From Spirochaetia bacterium (GTDB taxonomy: Bacteria; Spirochaetota; Spirochaetia; UBA9216): a stretch of DNA of 64,000 nt. How positions within the stretch are numbered: position 1 is the stretch's first letter; each line of letters starts with the position of its first letter. The stretch covers positions 896,001-960,000 of the forward strand of contig CAXXYH010000003.1 in NCBI GenBank assembly GCA_963677925.2. Direction: 5' to 3'. Below, in pieces: positions 49,179-57,799 of the stretch. The position numbers and the translations under genes are program-made. A model generated the notes under the pieces. It worked only from the letters and a program-made list of their open reading frames with translations. It did not search any database and was not told the DNA's origin.

Positions 49179-50461
49179 AAAAGTTAATTTTAATTCTATG
49201 TATATTTTCAGTTCTTGCAGGATGCGATTTTCTGATATCTGATACTCCAAACGGCAGGGATAATACCAATGACCCGTACTGGAATCCCTATTCTGTGTTT
49301 AATCAGAAACTTTCGCAGTCGAACGAGGTATCGGCCTATGGAGAAAGCATATCCCGATACGGGGATTATATTGCAGTAGGCGCACCGAATACAGCGGTAA
49401 ACGGAATTACTGAAGCCGGTGTTGTACATATCTATCACCTTGAAGACGGCACATGGACTCTGAGTGAAACTATTCAGGCCCCTGATGCAAATCTTACAGA
49501 TGCTGCAGTCAATGGCGGGATGGCCTTCGGTACTTCTGTATCAATCTCCGGAACAACCCTTGCAGTGGGGGCAGCTCAGGAGGATAATTCGGGTTATGAT
49601 TATGCAGGGTCGGTATATATCTTTGATAAAAACATTGATAATACCTGGAGTTTCACAGAACAAATATACTCTCCTAATCAGACTGCAAACAATGAGATGT
49701 TCGGCAGCAGTGTTATTCTCGATATTCCCTATCTTATCATCTCTGCAAAACAGAACGCTCCCAGTTCCCAGGGGGCTGTTTACATTTTCAAATTTGAAGT
49801 AGATGAGTATGCGTACAAATCAACCCTGACTAACTCGGATCCTGCCAGCAGTAAACGATTCGGAATAGCAATAGCCTATTCCGACCCATGGCTGATAGTC
49901 GGAAGCGACAGAGATACAATAGATTTTTCACAGCAGGGGTCTGCCAGTATATTTGAACGCAGTGCAGATACCTTTACGCAGGTGCAAAAAGTTGTTTCAT
50001 CAAATGCACAGGCATCGGGCATGTTCGGTTATACAGTCTCGATTGATCAGAATCGTGCAGCAGTGGGTGCGCTGACGGAAACAGTTGACTCCACCGGAAA
50101 TGCAGGGCGGGTTTATATATTTGAAAAAGAAACATCAGAATGGTCCGCTACACCGTCCCAGGTACTCTCCTCGTCTGCCCCGCTTGATCCGGGATATTTC
50201 GGCGGCGGTGTAGCCATTCTGGACGATGTGCTTTTTGTAGGAGCTCCCGGCGAAGGAGATTTAAAAACCGGGACTGCATCCGTATACACTTTCTCGGAAG
50301 CTGACGGCTGGGAGTACAGTCACGGTTATGAAGAGGATGATACTGTTTTTTACGGATTATCACCCTTTATGGATGAAGATTATCTGCTTGTCGCCGATTT
50401 TGCAAATTTTGATGGAAGCAGCCCTGGCGGAAGCGTATATATCTATTCCAGCAACGAATAG
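49175..50461 (+). CDS. FG-GAP repeat (integrin-like beta-propeller) lipoprotein
   Basis: Lipobox LAGC and seven (F/Y)G.S....G....VGA....G.VYIF repeats. Confidence 0.88.
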   Translation: MKKLILILCIFSVLAGCDFLISDTPNGRDNTNDPYWNPYSVFNQKLSQSNEVSAYGESISRYGDYIAVGAPNTAVNGITEAGVVHIYHLEDGTWTLSETIQAPDANLTDAAVNGGMAFGTSVSISGTTLAVGAAQEDNSGYDYAGSVYIFDKNIDNTWSFTEQIYSPNQTANNEMFGSSVILDIPYLIISAKQNAPSSQGAVYIFKFEVDEYAYKSTLTNSDPASSKRFGIAIAYSDPWLIVGSDRDTIDFSQQGSASIFERSADTFTQVQKVVSSNAQASGMFGYTVSIDQNRAAVGALTETVDSTGNAGRVYIFEKETSEWSATPSQVLSSSAPLDPGYFGGGVAILDDVLFVGAPGEGDLKTGTASVYTFSEADGWEYSHGYEEDDTVFYGLSPFMDEDYLLVADFANFDGSSPGGSVYIYSSNE

Positions 50462-50463
50462 GT

Positions 50464-51606
50464 TTACCCGGGCATTCCTATAATCTCTACCTCATTACGC
50501 TGATTCATATCGCGCAGAACCTGAAGAATTTGAAACTGTGCTTTACGTACTTCATCAATATCTGAGCTTCCCGCACCTATCTTCTTAATCATCAGATTCT
50601 GCTCTTCAGTTGAAAAATCGGAGAGCAGGATTTTTTTTACCTTCCTTTCAACCATCGACATTGCCTTTAAAAGCGTTTCCTCTCCTGTTACTTCATAAAG
50701 CCGCCTTCGTGTATCAGCCGACAGAAGCACCAGATCCTCAAAAACAAAGGTATTTTCTTTAACCAGAACTGCAGCAGACGGATCAGTAACCTCAAGTTCA
50801 TTAACCAGTCTTGTCTCGGTATACCGGTCACAGCCTGCAAGAATACCGACAAGTTCCGGCAGAGTAATTATTTTATGGTACTCTTTAACAAAGTTTACAC
50901 CTTCCCTTATCTTTCCGATTTCTTTCAGCAAATTCTCCGGCAGTTCCGAATTAGTTTTCACTGATCGAACAAGCTCCATCTGACTGTAAAGCGAAAGCCG
51001 GCAGAAGACCTCTGCACCAAGCAGTGATTTTTTCAATTCATTCACAGCATATTCCTCCATGCTATCGAGTTTTTTCTGTGAGATTTCAAGGCCATTGTAT
51101 AGTTCGTTCAGATGAGCCTTCAGCTTCTGTCGGGCTTCATGAAGCCTGCTTTTCACTGTCTTCATTTCCAGGTTTTTCACTGCGGCAATTTCGGAGTTAC
51201 TGAGTCCTGAAAAATACCGAAGCTGAACAACATCCCGGTGTTCTGCTGAAAGAAGCTGAATAGCCAGACGCAGAATGCTCTCGTATTCAGAATACCGCTT
51301 TTCCTTTCTGTCCCAGCTGTAGAAGATCTCATCCTCAAAAGCTTCTGAATCAGGAGATGTCCTGCGATAATTTTCAATGATGACATTTCTGCAGATACGG
51401 CTGATCCAAGATGCAAAGCGTTCCGGGTGTTCAAGCTGATAGTATTTGCAGACAGCCTTTTCCCATGTCTGCTGTACTATATCATCAGCATCATCCGGGG
51501 ATGCATATGAAAGCGCTATGGAGTACAGCAGGCGCTGATGTCCTGCAGCAAGCTCCCTGAATTTGTGAAGAGTATCCTGTCTGTTCTTATCCCCTGAATT
51601 GTACAA
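50464..51606 (-). CDS. ECF sigma-70 factor fused to a FliG C-terminal-like domain
   Basis: Region 2 (DADDIVQQTW..FASWISRICRN) and region 4 (LSAEHRDVVQLRYFSGLSNSEIA..TVKSRLHEARQKL). C-terminus: IL..CDR.TE..L...DP..A..VKENTFVFEDLVLL...V.KAQ..IL..LR....NEVEI. Confidence 0.85.
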   Translation of the reverse strand: MYNSGDKNRQDTLHKFRELAAGHQRLLYSIALSYASPDDADDIVQQTWEKAVCKYYQLEHPERFASWISRICRNVIIENYRRTSPDSEAFEDEIFYSWDRKEKRYSEYESILRLAIQLLSAEHRDVVQLRYFSGLSNSEIAAVKNLEMKTVKSRLHEARQKLKAHLNELYNGLEISQKKLDSMEEYAVNELKKSLLGAEVFCRLSLYSQMELVRSVKTNSELPENLLKEIGKIREGVNFVKEYHKIITLPELVGILAGCDRYTETRLVNELEVTDPSAAVLVKENTFVFEDLVLLSADTRRRLYEVTGEETLLKAMSMVERKVKKILLSDFSTEEQNLMIKKIGAGSSDIDEVRKAQFQILQVLRDMNQRNEVEIIGMPG

Positions 51607-51630
51607 TATCTTTTACCTCACATATTATAC

Positions 51631-51655
51631 GACGGGAAATATGTGAAATGGTTGG
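51631..51655 (-). promoter_or_regulatory. ECF-type promoter upstream of the sigma-FliG gene (likely autoregulatory)
   Basis: Minus strand ccAAC-N16-CGTCgtat, followed by a GAGG SD. Confidence 0.65.
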
Positions 51656-51709
51656 AAAAAAAACTGTTTTTTTTATTATAATACCGATGAAAGATTATTC
51701 GGAGAGTAT

Positions 51710-52999
51710 ATGAAACGAAGTAATAAAAATATTGGGCTGATTGAACTGATAGCTATAGGCGTCGGAGGTATGGTCGGAGGCGGTATTTTCGCTGTTCTTG
51801 GACTTGCTGTATCTTTGGCGCAGGGAGGAACACCGCTCGCATTCCTGTTTGCCGGGATACTGGCATTGCTTACTTCCTACAGTTATGTAAAGCTTTCTAT
51901 TGCTTTTCCGGATCGGGGAGGAACAGTCAACTTTATAAATAGGGGGTTCGGAAAATCGGCCTTCAGCGGAGGTATCAACAACCTGCTCTGGGTAAGCTAT
52001 ATCATAATGCTGTCGCTGTATGCATCGGCCTTCGGGTCCTATGCTTCCAACCTTATCCAGATTCCTGCAGGAGTACAACTCAGTTTTCATTTGTATGCAA
52101 GCGGCATTATTGTAATAGCAACTATAATAAACTATTTCAGTGTAAAAATTGTCGGGATGATTGAAGATTACGCGGTAGTAGTTAAACTGATTATTCTGCT
52201 TGCCTTCGTTGCTATAGGGCTTTACGGCCTGAAGAGCAGTTCAAACATTGAGCAGCTTTATCTTTCAAACTGGAAAAATCCGATAAGCCTTCTTACCGGC
52301 GGAATGGTTATCTTCGTAGCTTATGAAGGTTTTGAGCTTATAGCCAATGCCTCTCCCGATGTAAATAATCCAAAGCAAAATATTCCAAGGGCATACTATA
52401 TTTCAGTTATCTTTGTAATCCTGCTTTATCTTGTTATTGCAGTTGTTACCATAGGCTCCCTACCCTTTCAGTCAATCGCAGATGCCAAGGATTATGCCTT
52501 GGCAGAAGCTGCGCGCCCTATGCTTGGGCAGTTAGGCTTTACATTGATAGGAATTGCTGCAATGATATCAACCTTCTCTGCAATCAATGCTTCACTTTAC
52601 GGCGGAAGCAGGGTCAGCTATGAGATTGCGGAAGATGACGAGCTGCCCCATGAATTTACCGGAAAACTGTGGAATCATCCTGTAGGACTGATAATTACTT
52701 CTGTACTTACACTGATAGTAGTAAATACCGTAAAACTTGAAAGCATTTCAACAGCCGGGAGTGCCGGGTTTATCCTTATTTTTTCACTAGTCAACCTGAC
52801 CGCCTTCAGACTTGCATCCTCAGTAAAAGGGAATCGTATAATATCTTTTACCGGATTTGTTCTGGGGCTGGTATCTCTTTTCGCCCTTCTGATTCAGCAG
52901 TTTTCTACAAATATATTCGGTGCTGTATTTGCGCTCTCAATAATAGCAGTCTGTATGGCTGCCGAGATATTTTACAAGAGATCAGAAAAGCGTATATAA
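51710..52999 (+). CDS. APC family amino acid permease
   Basis: IGVGGMVGGGIF, FVAYEGFE, P..NIPRA, about 12 TM segments. Confidence 0.92.
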   Translation: MKRSNKNIGLIELIAIGVGGMVGGGIFAVLGLAVSLAQGGTPLAFLFAGILALLTSYSYVKLSIAFPDRGGTVNFINRGFGKSAFSGGINNLLWVSYIIMLSLYASAFGSYASNLIQIPAGVQLSFHLYASGIIVIATIINYFSVKIVGMIEDYAVVVKLIILLAFVAIGLYGLKSSSNIEQLYLSNWKNPISLLTGGMVIFVAYEGFELIANASPDVNNPKQNIPRAYYISVIFVILLYLVIAVVTIGSLPFQSIADAKDYALAEAARPMLGQLGFTLIGIAAMISTFSAINASLYGGSRVSYEIAEDDELPHEFTGKLWNHPVGLIITSVLTLIVVNTVKLESISTAGSAGFILIFSLVNLTAFRLASSVKGNRIISFTGFVLGLVSLFALLIQQFSTNIFGAVFALSIIAVCMAAEIFYKRSEKRI

Positions 53000-53017
53000 T
53001 AATTACATGAGGAAAAA

Positions 53018-53704
53018 ATGTACGTAGAATATCAGCCGCCCGCAAAGTGCGCTTCATTTCTTGAAACTATCTGGTACTCTGAGGACGCTAAACCGGGAAG
53101 CAGGATATTTCCTGATAACAATACCGACATTATCATCCCCTTAAACGACTGCTCACCTGTAAAATTTGCCGGCTACATGACAAGGTACCTGGAGCATAAT
53201 CCTCCACCTGGCCAGAAACTTCTGGGCATCCGCTTTAAGCCCGGTTATGCAGCTGCCTTTGTAAAAGATGACATGCATCTGCTGTCGGATCAGGTAGTCG
53301 AACTGAGCGGTATCCGCAGGCACGGTTTTAACATATTAAAGCAGCAATTTCAGGAAAGCGGCAAAATAGCATTCAGCCGGATTACAGAACTTCTGTATCC
53401 CTGTTTTGATGAATACCGGCTGAGACCGGAAATATCTCAGGCAATATCGCTTATCAGTTCAGCATCCGGAAGTATCCGTATTGAAGATGTTTCAAAGCTT
53501 TCAGGAATCAGCCGTAGAATGCTTGAACGGAGATTCAGGCAGGTCCTCGGCAAAACACCAAAACGTTTTGCGCAGATTGAAAGATTCAACTGCCTGATAA
53601 ATGAGAAACAATCACTTCTCAAAGCTGAATATCATGATCAGTCTCATATGATTAAGGAATTTAAAATGCTGACAGGCATGACACCTTCGCACTTTTTCTC
53701 ATAG
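53018..53704 (+). CDS. AraC family regulator (DUF6597-type N-terminus)
   Basis: IFPD...DI, GIRFKPG, SRRMLERRF...GKTPK, YHDQSHMIKEFK..G.TP. Confidence 0.9.
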   Translation: MYVEYQPPAKCASFLETIWYSEDAKPGSRIFPDNNTDIIIPLNDCSPVKFAGYMTRYLEHNPPPGQKLLGIRFKPGYAAAFVKDDMHLLSDQVVELSGIRRHGFNILKQQFQESGKIAFSRITELLYPCFDEYRLRPEISQAISLISSASGSIRIEDVSKLSGISRRMLERRFRQVLGKTPKRFAQIERFNCLINEKQSLLKAEYHDQSHMIKEFKMLTGMTPSHFFS

Positions 53705-53765
53705 TACGCATTTTTACAATACAGAACCCAGGAAGAGGATTATTCTTAATTATCAAATAAACAGG

Positions 53766-54161
53766 ATGGAAAAAATGAATAACATGTCTGTCTGCTTTAA
53801 AACAGAAAAAGTTGATGAGTGCAGGGAGTTCTATCAGAAATACTTTAACGGCAGAATAACCTTTGACTGCGGCTGGTATGTCAGCGTGGCACTTTTTGAG
53901 TCCGATTACATTCTTAATTTCATGCAGCCTCAGGGCGGTGAAGCACTTTTCAATGGAAACGGGATTACAATCAATATAAGCGTCGAGAATGTGGATGTAC
54001 AGCATGAAAGACTCGATTCACTTGGGCTTAAATCTGTAGAACCGCTGGCCGACCATCCATGGGGGGACCGGGGCTTCTCTGTTAATGATCCAATGGGCAA
54101 CTCAATATACCTGTATACTGATATAGAGCCCACTGATGAGTTTAAGCAGTATTTTAAGTAG
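53766..54161 (+). CDS. VOC/glyoxalase-bleomycin resistance family protein
   Basis: CREFYQKYF..FDCGWY, V.NVD, D.PWGDRGF.V.DP.GN. Confidence 0.9.
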   Translation: MEKMNNMSVCFKTEKVDECREFYQKYFNGRITFDCGWYVSVALFESDYILNFMQPQGGEALFNGNGITINISVENVDVQHERLDSLGLKSVEPLADHPWGDRGFSVNDPMGNSIYLYTDIEPTDEFKQYFK

Positions 54162-54167
54162 GCGTGT

Positions 54168-54518
54168 ATGGCAGATGAAAAAGTAGAACAGTTCTTATAT
54201 AACCTGCGTGATGCAGATCCGGATAAATCTATGACAGCAGAAAGAATCAGGGAACTGTACTTTAAAATTTACCCTGAGATTGCGGAACGGATAATGTACG
54301 GAGGTATTATGTTTTCACTTGAATGTGAAGATGTCGGCGGGATTTTCATACGGAAGAATCATATATCAGTTGCGTTTTCACAGGGATTCATGTTCAAGGA
54401 CCCGAATGGCTTTCTTGAGGGAGGAGGAAAGTACAGAAGACATTTAAAACTTGTAACCGTAGGCGATATTGAAAAAAAGGAGCTGGGTTCGTTTATTACC
54501 CAATTAAAAACCGTTTAA
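54168..54518 (+). CDS. DUF1801 (YdhG-like) protein
   Basis: IMYGG, HISVAFSQG, DP.G.LEGGGKYRRHLKL. Confidence 0.85.
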   Translation: MADEKVEQFLYNLRDADPDKSMTAERIRELYFKIYPEIAERIMYGGIMFSLECEDVGGIFIRKNHISVAFSQGFMFKDPNGFLEGGGKYRRHLKLVTVGDIEKKELGSFITQLKTV

Positions 54519-54520
54519 TG

Positions 54521-54549
54521 TTGCCAAAAAACTCCATCTTTGTTATATC
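54521..54549 (+). promoter_or_regulatory. sigma70 promoter for the yjdF leader
   Basis: TTGCCA-N17-TATATC with an extended TG. Confidence 0.65.
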
Positions 54550-54573
54550 TGTTTACAAGATTCTCAAATTAAC

Positions 54574-54685
54574 AGGCAAAGAAAAAACACGGCCCCGCAG
54601 GTAGTCCCGGCGATCCTGATTACAGGATTCAGTATCCATCTTAATTGATGTCCGTCTTTGCCTCTGGATGAGTTATATCCGGAGG
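54574..54685 (+). ncRNA. yjdF (azaaromatic) riboswitch with SD-sequestering expression platform
   Basis: P1 is AGGCAAAGA/TCTTTGCCT. Contains the conserved-looking AAAACAC, GTAGTCC, TCAGTA and GTCCGT segments. Lies directly upstream of a YjdF-family gene. Confidence 0.85.
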
Positions 54686-54691
54686 TAAACG

Positions 54692-55075
54692 ATGACACAA
54701 ACTATTTCCACAATTCTATTTAACGGTCAGTTCTGGATTGCTCTGATTGAACGTCTCTCAGAAGACGGCTCTATTCAGGTGGCCAGATATGTATTCGGAC
54801 CGGAACCGACCAATAATGATCTATTTGATTTTTATCTGAACAGATACAGCAGGCTCAAGTTTCACAGCACTGAAGAAAAAATCCGTGTAAAGAAAAGCTA
54901 TTCACATAAACAGCTTGAACGCGGCATTTCTAAATCAACCACAAGGTTTGCAGATGAGCAGAAGAAATACCTGCAGGCGAGTAAGAGGAATGCAAAAGCT
55001 GAAGCCCTTGTGCTGGCTGAGGAGAAATACAGGCAGAAGCAGGAAAAGAGGAAGCAGAAGAAACGGGGGAGATAG
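54692..55075 (+). CDS. yjdF: YjdF family (DUF2992) protein
   Basis: F.GQFWIALIER, A..VFGPEP, C-terminal KQEKRKQKKRGR. Confidence 0.9.
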   Translation: MTQTISTILFNGQFWIALIERLSEDGSIQVARYVFGPEPTNNDLFDFYLNRYSRLKFHSTEEKIRVKKSYSHKQLERGISKSTTRFADEQKKYLQASKRNAKAEALVLAEEKYRQKQEKRKQKKRGR

Positions 55076-55196
55076 ATTTTACTATTTATTTTTCATAAAA
55101 ATCTTTTATATTATATACTCAACCTTAGTCTTCTTTATTGACCTATTTATTAACTGTAGTTAATATATAGGCAGAATAGTTCTGTAGGAGTTTAAT

Positions 55197-55736
55197 ATGA
55201 AAAAATATTTCCGGGATATAAAATTATATCGAATAATATTAGCTTTTCTGCTTGCGATGGGATTCTATACAGTAATGACAACAATAAGTCTCCCGAAAAT
55301 AAGCAGTGAAATGAATGGGCTTAAAGCCTTCGATATGCGTCCGACGGGGTACAGTGTTCCGGAAGCTAATGAGATTCTTGAAAACTTATCGCAGCAGGGA
55401 CAGCGCTATTATACACGAGTACAGCTACCCCTTGATTTTATCTACCCGGCACTTGTTGCTGTTTACGGTCTGCTTGCCTTCAGCTATCTGAGCGCAAGAA
55501 TGAAGGTGCCTGGAATAGTATTTATGTTACCGGTTTTAGTCTGCCTTTTTGATTATCTTGAGAATATCTACATATATCTGATGCTTGGAGGCTTGAACAG
55601 CGCCCTGATGATTCATACAGCAAGCCTATTTACCATTTCAAAGAGTATTTCGACTATGCTGTTTGAAACTGTATTGATTGTATTCATAATCTATTTCATT
55701 ATTTCAAGAAAAGTATTGAGAAAAAAGCAGCAGTAA
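55197..55736 (+). CDS. Hypothetical membrane protein
   Basis: Four TM segments, FDMR..GY, LDFIYP and DYLEN motifs. Confidence 0.75.
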   Translation: MKKYFRDIKLYRIILAFLLAMGFYTVMTTISLPKISSEMNGLKAFDMRPTGYSVPEANEILENLSQQGQRYYTRVQLPLDFIYPALVAVYGLLAFSYLSARMKVPGIVFMLPVLVCLFDYLENIYIYLMLGGLNSALMIHTASLFTISKSISTMLFETVLIVFIIYFIISRKVLRKKQQ

Positions 55737-55747
55737 GGAATTATCCT

Positions 55748-56428
55748 ATGGAAAACAATGGGCAGATCTTTCCGGATTCAGGTATTTTAAAGATTACTAA
55801 ACCTGAGGTAGGAAAAAGGGAACAAAAAAAGACCGATATAAGACTGAGCTTCATGGAATCCTTCATCAGGGAGCTCGAAATAAAACCTCTTAAGGATATC
55901 AGGGTGAATGAGCTCTGCGCAAAAATCGGAATCTCCAAGGTTACCTTTTTCAAATATTTCTCAAGCCGTGATCAGGTAGTAGAGTATTTTATCTACAAAT
56001 GGTCATATGAGATGTCCTTTCAGCTGTTTCTAGGAAAACTGAAAGGAATAGATGGAATCAAAGAGGTTTTCAATTCAGTCTCAGACCACCCCGCCGGGAA
56101 GAATATCATATCGGCATTAATGACCTTCTATCTGAATAACCAGGTCTGCAACACGATGCAGCTGACACCCTACGAGCTGTATAGATTCAACCCGGAAGCG
56201 TATCTCAAAGGTTCCCCCTTCCTGGATCTGCAGGGATTATTCACAGCCCTTGTAAGAACACGGCCGAATCCTCCTGAATCAATACAGGATACAGTATTTA
56301 ATTTAATCTCCGGATTCTACGGGGTCTCCTTTGTTTCGGGTGTATATGGTTCAAAAACAGAGGAACAGGAAAGAATGAACTTAAAGGAAGCAAATAACAG
56401 GTTTATAGATGCGATTCTTTCAACATAA
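55748..56428 (+). CDS. TetR/AcrR family regulator
   Basis: IRVNELCAKIGISKVTFFKYFSSRD HTH. Confidence 0.85.
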   Translation: MENNGQIFPDSGILKITKPEVGKREQKKTDIRLSFMESFIRELEIKPLKDIRVNELCAKIGISKVTFFKYFSSRDQVVEYFIYKWSYEMSFQLFLGKLKGIDGIKEVFNSVSDHPAGKNIISALMTFYLNNQVCNTMQLTPYELYRFNPEAYLKGSPFLDLQGLFTALVRTRPNPPESIQDTVFNLISGFYGVSFVSGVYGSKTEEQERMNLKEANNRFIDAILST

Positions 56429-56492
56429 TAATTTTACACATCAGTAAACCCATTTATGGTAAGATTCTTTAAACAAAGAGAAAGGGATAATC

Positions 56493-57305
56493 GTGTATAG
56501 GACTTTCATAAACATCCTTATCTTGTTCACTATGATATCCGCTCCTCATCTCCCGGCTCTTCAGCTCTCTGATGAACTTGAAATTTCCGAAATTGAAACA
56601 GGCGTTTTCCTGGTTACCCACAGCTTTCCATGGCCGGCCAACTCTCTTATTGTAATCATGGATGAATCGAACATCCTCTGGATAGATACTCCATATACCC
56701 CCGAAGCAACAGCTGAGGTCCTTGAATGGCTTTATTCCCGATACGGCACTGACTGTATAATTACTGAAATAAATACCGGATTTCACATCGACAACCTTGG
56801 AGGTAATGCTGAGTTGATACAGCGTGGGTTACCTGTTTACGGTTCAGCACTGACCCGTGAACTGCTTGAAACCCGAAGCAGTGCAACAATGTCAAAAATG
56901 ATCAGCTGGCTGCAGGGCCGAAAATATGAAAAATACCGTAAGATATATACCGATTTTATATTCCGGCCCCCAACCTTCACCTTTGATATAAACACAGAAC
57001 AGAACATCAGCATCGGATCAGAAAAAGTCATTATCTTTTATCCTGGGCCCTCTCATACATACGACAATCTTACTGTATATATCCCTGAACACAGACTACT
57101 TTTCGGCGGATGTATGATTTTAGCAGCAGAAACGGATAAGCCGGGGTATACTGATGATGGAAATCTTGGAGAATGGCTTAGTTCACTTCAGAATCTCAAA
57201 ATAAGATTTCCGGATGACCAGCTGCTGGTGGTTCCGGGACATGGCTCTCCGGGCAGCAGTTTGATTAATCATACAACAACTGTAATAGGTGCTTATTCAC
57301 AATAG
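56493..57305 (+). CDS. Subclass B1-like metallo-beta-lactamase, SPS-1 type (His116 to Gly)
   Basis: Signal peptide, PANSLIV, IDTP, NTGFHIDNLGG, GPSHTYDN, LLFGGC, VVPGHG. Confidence 0.85.
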   Translation: MYRTFINILILFTMISAPHLPALQLSDELEISEIETGVFLVTHSFPWPANSLIVIMDESNILWIDTPYTPEATAEVLEWLYSRYGTDCIITEINTGFHIDNLGGNAELIQRGLPVYGSALTRELLETRSSATMSKMISWLQGRKYEKYRKIYTDFIFRPPTFTFDINTEQNISIGSEKVIIFYPGPSHTYDNLTVYIPEHRLLFGGCMILAAETDKPGYTDDGNLGEWLSSLQNLKIRFPDDQLLVVPGHGSPGSSLINHTTTVIGAYSQ

Positions 57306-57324
57306 AATACAGCAATATGTTCTT

Positions 57325-57789
57325 CTACAGGATTCGTACAGTTCCTGTGATCTGATAAATACCTGCAGTATACAGACCGAACAGCAGTGAAGAAATTGAG
57401 GAATTGACTGCCTGTGTAACTATCAGCTTAACCGGATAATGAAAAAGCATAAACTGATTAAATGCTTCCGGAAGAACCTTAACAAGAACTATTGCAGCAC
57501 CGAAGACTAATCCGGCAGCAATTTTATTTTCCGGTAGAACCGGGTAAACGGCCAGATACAGCAGCAGATAAACAATCACTATAAAAATCCCGGCGGCCAT
57601 ATTGAGGCCTACATACCTTCCAATTCCACCGAAATCTTCCACAGTTTTCATCACAGGATTACCTTCATAGGCTTTAAAGATTCCTGCTGTCACCGGATTC
57701 ATATAAAGAAGATTTCCAATAATCATATCGATTACCAGAATAACAGCACCCCATACTACAGCCTTCCAGACTATTACTGAATATTCCAT
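57325..57789 (-). CDS. Hypothetical membrane protein
   Basis: Four hydrophobic segments and SD GGAGG. Confidence 0.75.
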   Translation of the reverse strand: MEYSVIVWKAVVWGAVILVIDMIIGNLLYMNPVTAGIFKAYEGNPVMKTVEDFGGIGRYVGLNMAAGIFIVIVYLLLYLAVYPVLPENKIAAGLVFGAAIVLVKVLPEAFNQFMLFHYPVKLIVTQAVNSSISSLLFGLYTAGIYQITGTVRIL

Positions 57790-57799
57790 TTAATCCTCC

